Origin: Candidatus Bathyarchaeota archaeon
GTDB taxonomy: Archaea > Thermoproteota > Bathyarchaeia > Bathyarchaeales > Bathycorpusculaceae
Length of the DNA stretch: 64,000 bases
Assembly (NCBI GenBank): GCA_963767735.1
Contig: CAVYES010000005.1
Location: forward strand, 352,001 to 416,000
Direction of reading: 5' to 3'
The notes beneath the pieces were generated by a model that worked only from the letters and a program-made list of their open reading frames with translations, did no database searches and had not been told where the DNA came from. Below, piece after piece: positions 58,429 through 64,000 of this stretch (the stretch's first letter is position 1; each line of letters starts with the position of its first letter). The translations under genes and the position numbers were made by a program.

Positions 58429-59373
58429 ATGAAAGTACCCACTAAGATAGTTGTTATCCTTCTGTTAACTTTGGTAGCATTTTCCGCTCTAAGCGCATTT
58501 TCTGGATCAGTAAACGCCGCTGGAAACCTCACCTTTACGGCATCCATTTTACCCAAGACTTCTGGTGTTCATCAAACAACATCATATACCTTCACCATAA
58601 GTTGCACGGGTGAAGCCAACCTCGGAAGCGCAAACATTACCATACCTTCAGCATACAGTAATGTCAAAAATTTAGCCATAAGTCAAGAACCAGCCTCACA
58701 AAATTGGACAATAACCACAGCGACAATAAACAAAAATAGTTATATCCTTCTCTATGGGTCTGCTGAAGGCCTAAGCACGGGGCAGAGCATCACATTCACT
58801 TTTGATGCGACAAATCCTAACCCCTCAGGAAATTACAAATGGGTAATAGGCGCTAATGAAAACTCCGGTACAACCGGACTTAGTACTCCAGAATTTACGT
58901 TAGATATTCCTTACTCAATTGCAATTAGTTCACTTTGGGCTGCAACTTTAATCTTTTTCATCGCGACCGTTATTGCTTTCATAAACACAGGATTAAACCG
59001 GGTTCTAATCAACTATTTCATAGGCTGGGAACAATACCGGGTCATGCAGAAGGAAATGAACGAATACCGGTCAGAAACCATGGCTGCCATGCGAGCTAAC
59101 GACAAAAAACAAGTTGAAAAACTCAAAAAGAGAGAGTCACAAATAAAAAACATGCAGGCACAAATGCTCAAGCCCCAGATGGTTCAGTTTGGGTTCTCTT
59201 TTGTTTACATTATTATTTGGTTTTTTGTTTTAACGCCCACTTTTGGAACTACCTCTATGGTTTACGTGCCGGGCATCGGAGCGATTCCCGTTCTCTACTG
59301 GTATCCCATCGGCTCGTTCTTCTTGGGTCTGCTGGCATCACGCTTAATAGGCATAATGCCGATTGAAACTTGA
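58429..59373 (+). CDS. EMC3/TMCO1 (DUF106, Oxa1 superfamily) protein with extra N-terminal secreted domain
   Basis: TM helix, coiled coil (QKEMNEYR...KKRESQIKNMQAQMLKPQ), two TM helices with WY motif; lies upstream of cmk; about 160-aa N-terminal extension. Confidence 0.8.
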   Translation: MKVPTKIVVILLLTLVAFSALSAFSGSVNAAGNLTFTASILPKTSGVHQTTSYTFTISCTGEANLGSANITIPSAYSNVKNLAISQEPASQNWTITTATINKNSYILLYGSAEGLSTGQSITFTFDATNPNPSGNYKWVIGANENSGTTGLSTPEFTLDIPYSIAISSLWAATLIFFIATVIAFINTGLNRVLINYFIGWEQYRVMQKEMNEYRSETMAAMRANDKKQVEKLKKRESQIKNMQAQMLKPQMVQFGFSFVYIIIWFFVLTPTFGTTSMVYVPGIGAIPVLYWYPIGSFFLGLLASRLIGIMPIET

Positions 59374-59396
59374 CGCAGAAAACGCGGGGTGCAAAA

Positions 59397-60002
59397 ATGG
59401 CGAAAAACGCAAAATTATGCTTTGCCGACAAAAAAATAGTAATCTGCATCTCAGGAATGGCCGGAACGGGAAAAAGCACCCTGTCAAAAAAGCTTGCTGA
59501 AAAATACCATCTTCTCTGCTATTCAGGCGGCGACGCGCTTAAAGAACTGGCGAAGGCAGAAGGCTACGACGTGTCGCGTCAAGGCTGGTGGGAGAGCCCT
59601 GAAGGCTTAATTTTTCTTAACGAAAGAGTCAATGACCCCAAATTTGACAAAGCTGTAGATGCTGAACTGCTCAAATACGCCCAGCAAGGAAATGTTATCT
59701 TAGATAGTTGGACCATGCCCTGGCTGCTTAATAATGGTTTTAAGATTTGGTTGATGGCTTCAATCGAGAAGAGAGCGGCAAGAGTTGCGGAACGGGATAA
59801 AATAACCGTTGATGAAGCATTCAAAGTACTTGAAGAAAAAGAAGCTAGAACAAAAGCAATTTACAAAAAGCTTTACGGTTTCGTTTTAGGTGAAGATTTT
59901 GCACCTTTTGACTTGGTTTTAGATACTGATAATTTGAATGCCGAAGAGGTTTTTGAAGTTCTCTGTAAGGTAATAAGCAACGTGGTTCTTTCTGTTCCTT
60001 GA
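59397..60002 (+). CDS. cmk: Cytidylate kinase (archaeal type)
   Basis: ISGMAGTGKST, RAARVAERD, YKKLYG, DLVLDT. Confidence 0.9.
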   Translation: MAKNAKLCFADKKIVICISGMAGTGKSTLSKKLAEKYHLLCYSGGDALKELAKAEGYDVSRQGWWESPEGLIFLNERVNDPKFDKAVDAELLKYAQQGNVILDSWTMPWLLNNGFKIWLMASIEKRAARVAERDKITVDEAFKVLEEKEARTKAIYKKLYGFVLGEDFAPFDLVLDTDNLNAEEVFEVLCKVISNVVLSVP

Positions 60003-60138
60003 GTCTAACTAAATAAATAACAGTTAATTGCTCTAAATAGAACTTTCCTCTATAACATAGTTACAGATTCGCTTAAAGCTATCAAAAAACAAACTAGCCC
60101 CAGTATAAAGCGCCGTTTAAGAGAGAGGTGGGAAATAC

Positions 60139-60522
60139 GTGAAAACATTAAATCATCTAGTTATGTTTCCATTTGTGGCAATAATTATTTTGTGCTTCAT
60201 AGCGTCAATTCGCCTAATTAACTTCCAATCCACAATCACATTATTAATTTTCAATGTACTTTTTATTTCCCTAGCGTTTCAATTGAACGGTACATTTACC
60301 CGAAAACTATTCCTTTTAGCATCAGGCAACATAATAGGTCTCTGCTGGAACTATATCTTTTACTCTCTCGACATTACGGGAACCATTTTTTTCGGTAAAA
60401 TCTTCAATATCATATATACAGTTTTCTTTCCCTTTTTATGTTCAATTTGGATCGTGGCGTTTTGGTCTCTTAGTCTGACAGTTCTCCATCGCGAGGGCAC
60501 AAACCAGGAGTTTCGACTTTGA
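60139..60522 (+). CDS. Hypothetical membrane protein (about 4 TM helices)
   Basis: Hydrophobic ORF overlapping the start of the GT2 gene. Confidence 0.6.
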   Translation: MKTLNHLVMFPFVAIIILCFIASIRLINFQSTITLLIFNVLFISLAFQLNGTFTRKLFLLASGNIIGLCWNYIFYSLDITGTIFFGKIFNIIYTVFFPFLCSIWIVAFWSLSLTVLHREGTNQEFRL

Positions 60523-61799
60523 TTTCTGAAGTTTTGGAAACCCTTTTTCTGTTTTTAACTGCAATAATGATGGCTTACCTAGTCAGACATTACGTCTTTA
60601 CCATTACTGTATTAAGGGGAGCTAACAAAAACAAAATATCCGTAGCCATTGAGACGTCAGCGTTTGAACCTACGGTAACTCTCCTTATTCCAGCACATAA
60701 CGAGGAAAAAGTTATTGGGCGATTGCTTCAAAGAATTACTGAGCTAACCTATCCAAAAGATAAACTGCAAGTAATAGTTATCAACGATGCTTCATCCGAT
60801 CAGACTGGAGCAATAGCAGACGATTACAAAAACAAGTATCCGTTCATAGAAGTGCTGAATCGAGACAAAAGAAACGGTGGCAAAGGAAAAGCTTCAGCGA
60901 TGAATGATGGCTTTAGTAAATCAACTGGCGAAATAGTGCTTTGTTTCGATGCTGACTATTATCCTCAGAAAGATATTGTTGAGAAGCTTGCCGGAGAATT
61001 TATCGATCCCAAAGTTGGTGCCGTGCAGGGAAGAGTTGTTGTCTTAAATGAACCTCAGAACATGATCACACGGCTAGTGGCGTTGGAGCGAATAGGAGGA
61101 TACCGTGTTGACCAAGAAGCGAGAAACAATTTAGGTTTAATCGTACAGTACGGTGGAACAGTCGGCGGATTTAGGAGCAGTTTGTTGAAAGACTTACATG
61201 GTTGGGATGAAACCGTATTGGCAGAAGACACCGATTTAACTTTCCGCATTTACCTCGCAGGCTACAAAATTCCCTATAATATTGATGCAGAATGCTATGA
61301 AGAGGCAGTTGATAACTGGAAAGCTTACCGCCAACAAAGGTATCGGTGGGCGAAAGGGCACATGCAATGCTTCTTTAAACACTCGTGGAACGTTTTGAAA
61401 AGTAAAAACTTGAATGTTAAAGAGAAAATCGATGGTTTGTTGCTGCTAAACGTTTATTTTATACCTATACTAGCGTTGCTTTCGATGCTTATTGGTTTTT
61501 ACCTGATCCTTTCAGGTTCACAGCTTATAAGCACCTTATGGCTTTTCATTCCAATATCTATCTACTGCTCTATAGGCAACTTTGCTCCTTTTTTTGAAGT
61601 GGGAATCGGGATATACTTAGACGGTCGAAAAAGAGCTCAGTGGCTTATCCCACTATTGATATTTACTTTCTTTTACAATATGCCGATCTGTTTGAAAGCT
61701 TTTTTCAACGTGATGGCTTCAAAAATTATGAGCCGAGACGCGAATGTGTGGGTCAAAACATCACACTCGGGTAGTGGAAACAGTTATATTGCAAATTAA
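60519..61799 (+). CDS. Processive GT2 glycosyltransferase (cellulose-synthase-like)
   Basis: IPAHNEE, DASSD, GKASA, FDAD, AEDTD, QRYRW, C-terminal TM helices, WVKT. Confidence 0.92.
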   Translation: MISEVLETLFLFLTAIMMAYLVRHYVFTITVLRGANKNKISVAIETSAFEPTVTLLIPAHNEEKVIGRLLQRITELTYPKDKLQVIVINDASSDQTGAIADDYKNKYPFIEVLNRDKRNGGKGKASAMNDGFSKSTGEIVLCFDADYYPQKDIVEKLAGEFIDPKVGAVQGRVVVLNEPQNMITRLVALERIGGYRVDQEARNNLGLIVQYGGTVGGFRSSLLKDLHGWDETVLAEDTDLTFRIYLAGYKIPYNIDAECYEEAVDNWKAYRQQRYRWAKGHMQCFFKHSWNVLKSKNLNVKEKIDGLLLLNVYFIPILALLSMLIGFYLILSGSQLISTLWLFIPISIYCSIGNFAPFFEVGIGIYLDGRKRAQWLIPLLIFTFFYNMPICLKAFFNVMASKIMSRDANVWVKTSHSGSGNSYIAN

Positions 61800-61818
61800 T
61801 AATTAATGTAAGACATTA

Positions 61819-62088
61819 ATGATTCAAAATCAGAATCCAGATTCATTGATCGCCACTCTGATAATCACAATTGCCATAATAATTATTCTGTTTTTTATGC
61901 CCGCTCTAATAGAACTAAAAAAACCAAAAGATGCAGGACCAAGACTAATAAACGATAACATCCCAAAAATAAGAATCGGCACCCTCAAATCTCCAATAAC
62001 AGACGTCGAAGAAGAGCAGAAATTTACTTATCAATCAACGACCAAAACTGTGGACACTCTTTATATTCTTCCGGACTTGGAAGGTTAG
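61819..62088 (+). CDS. Small single-TM protein
   Basis: TM helix followed by PALIELKKPKDAGP. Confidence 0.55.
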   Translation: MIQNQNPDSLIATLIITIAIIIILFFMPALIELKKPKDAGPRLINDNIPKIRIGTLKSPITDVEEEQKFTYQSTTKTVDTLYILPDLEG

Positions 62089-63131
62089 TTTTCAATCTTT
62101 TTGAATACTAACCCTGCGTTTTTCCACTGGTCCATAGCCAACGATAAATAGCCAGATGGGCTTCCCTGAAGGGAATAGAAAATATAACATAAGTAGTTAC
62201 ACTGTGTGCATTCAAGGTAAGCTTCGCGCAGTTCGTTGAATTCTTGGCTTTTCCACGTTTTGGGCAAATCAAATATTGAACCCGCGAAATTATGGCTGTG
62301 GCAACCAGCAATTCTGCCTAAAGGGTCAATGACTATGAAGTTGCGTAGTGCTTGGCATTTCCATGTTCTGTGGTCTTCCTCATAGAAACCTCGTAAGGCT
62401 TTTAGAAGCTTGTTTGTCATTAGAATTTTCTTATTTTTCTTTTTCATTTCAATTAGGGAATTGCAAAGCTTAACCATAGCTTGCTTATCTTCTATCACGA
62501 AATCATCGTTTTCTTTGCCAATCCTGAATAGTTGGTTTTCGTCCGCTGAAGCATCATATGAGTAAAGGCAATACCAGACTGGGATTCCTTTTGTTGTGAA
62601 ATAGTTAGTTAAATCAATTATTTCATACAGGTTTTTTTGTGAAATTGTCGGCGTAACACTGACATTTATTCCACTTTTGTGAAGTTTTTCTACGGTTTCC
62701 ATTGCTCTTTTCCATGCGCCTGGAACATTTTTTATTTCATCGTTTTTTGTTTCGTTCAAACTGTCTATCGAAATCGCTACAAAATCTGCATTTCGAAGGG
62801 CATCGATTTTTTTAGTAGCCATACTTCCGTTATCATAAACGGTTGTGATGAAAAGTTTTGAGGCGTAATCAATTATCTCATCTATGTCGTCCCTAAGCAG
62901 CGGGTCTCCGCCTGATATTACAAGCTCAACTATGCCGAGATTTTTTAGAATATCTAACCCTTTTTTTATGTCATCTGTCGCAAGCTCTCTCTGATCTTGT
63001 TCTTTCCAGACATTGCAACCTGCACAGCGGTAGTTACATTTTCTAGTGACCAACCATTGAGCATGATGAGGCTTCCCTGGAGCAAGTGAACGTATCATAA
63101 TAGATGCTGCTTTTTTGAGGTCTGTCGTCAA
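62085..63131 (-). CDS. Radical SAM protein with SPASM/twitch domain
   Basis: CNYRCAGC, SGGDPLLR, ISIDS, C...GRIAGC...CTQCNYLC. Confidence 0.9.
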   Translation of the reverse strand: MTTDLKKAASIMIRSLAPGKPHHAQWLVTRKCNYRCAGCNVWKEQDQRELATDDIKKGLDILKNLGIVELVISGGDPLLRDDIDEIIDYASKLFITTVYDNGSMATKKIDALRNADFVAISIDSLNETKNDEIKNVPGAWKRAMETVEKLHKSGINVSVTPTISQKNLYEIIDLTNYFTTKGIPVWYCLYSYDASADENQLFRIGKENDDFVIEDKQAMVKLCNSLIEMKKKNKKILMTNKLLKALRGFYEEDHRTWKCQALRNFIVIDPLGRIAGCHSHNFAGSIFDLPKTWKSQEFNELREAYLECTQCNYLCYIFYSLQGSPSGYLSLAMDQWKNAGLVFKKIEN

Positions 63132-63509
63132 ACAAATGTCCCTAGCTGCTTAATTGGTGTTAACAGTATTAAAATTGGAACTATAAAAACAATTATCCGA
63201 AACTGAATACCCGCTTCTTTGGTTTGCCTTAGATGCTCGCCCTCGCCCGTTGGAATCCATTCATCATATTTTATCCTGCCCGCTTTGACAGATGATACCT
63301 TATTCTCTGATACTGCAGCGATTGTTTTAGGAAAAATCTTATTTTTAAATTGAATCATCGGGAAACGCTTCATAGTGTTAGGATGTTTTTTTGTGCTTCA
63401 ATATCTTTGAAGGAAAAGCTTATAATTGCAGCAAGTGAAACAACTAGTTAGGACTGGCTTCTTCTAGTTGAAGAAGCGTTTTAGTAATTATTTAGGAGAC
63501 TTTTAAGTA

Positions 63510-64000
63510 GTGTTAGCAGGTTTCTGGGAGCACATCAACGAGTTAAAGCATAGACTTAAAATTATTTTCTTTGCTTTAATTGCTTCAACTGCTTTTTTTG
63601 CGCTTTTTCCCTCCAATCCTGGCCACATGTTTACATCTAAGTTTTGGTTAACGGGGATGTACTCGCCTATTGTGTCTATTTTTTTGAATTGGATAAAGAG
63701 TTTTATGGCACCTCGTGGATTGCAGATTATCAGTTTGGAAATCGGAGCTCCGTTCGAAATCTATTTTCTAGCTTCAATAATTTTTGGGTTTTTGGTCAGT
63801 TCACCTGTGATAGCGTATGAACTGTACAAATTTGTTGATCCAGCATTATATCCTCATGAGCGTAAGTCGGTTTATCCGTTTGTCGCGGGATTCACCGGAT
63901 TATTCGTTGCTGGCGCGCTGTTTGGATTATTTATTTTGTCACCTTTCATAGTTTATACGGTGATTTTGTTTTCACAAATTGTAGGTGCGTTGCCTGTTCT
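63510..64000 (+). CDS. tatC: Twin-arginine translocase TatC (partial)
   Basis: Manual translation FWEHINELKHRLK...APFEIYF...SPVIAYELYKFVDPALYPHERK...LFVAGALFGY. Confidence 0.9.
   Translation, partial: MLAGFWEHINELKHRLKIIFFALIASTAFFALFPSNPGHMFTSKFWLTGMYSPIVSIFLNWIKSFMAPRGLQIISLEIGAPFEIYFLASIIFGFLVSSPVIAYELYKFVDPALYPHERKSVYPFVAGFTGLFVAGALFGLFILSPFIVYTVILFSQIVGALPV

Overview
Archaeal chromosomal window. The gene repertoire and style (Alba, RPA, rpl32e/rpl19e/rps4e, paired large PQQ-repeat surface proteins, two-intron tRNA) suggest Bathyarchaeia; this is an inference. Core content: branched-chain amino-acid genes (ilvA-like, cimA, ilvD), hypF-C-D and hypE, the rpl22-to-secY ribosomal cluster, cmk and tatC. 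Many single-base frameshifts, including in essential r-protein genes, point to indel errors in the assembly. Main signal: a dispersed 19-bp site, AAGTGG(A/T/C)GATGTC(A/T)CCCGC, occurs 7 times, all in one orientation. Four copies sit exactly 8 nt from a tRNA T-loop fragment (GATTYGAAC-N8-site). These sites bound small cargo units that carry no integrase: two tandem giant surface-protein genes anchored at tRNA-Ala, a membrane-anchored degenerate-Mrr/TIR gene, and a TRAM plus Cys-rich pair next to a tRNA-Arg relic. This looks like a tRNA-targeted gene-cassette system. Also present: a decayed tyrosine integrase beside a 3'-damaged tRNA-Met, a VapBC module between tRNA-Thr-like relics, and an intact ISH3-type IS.
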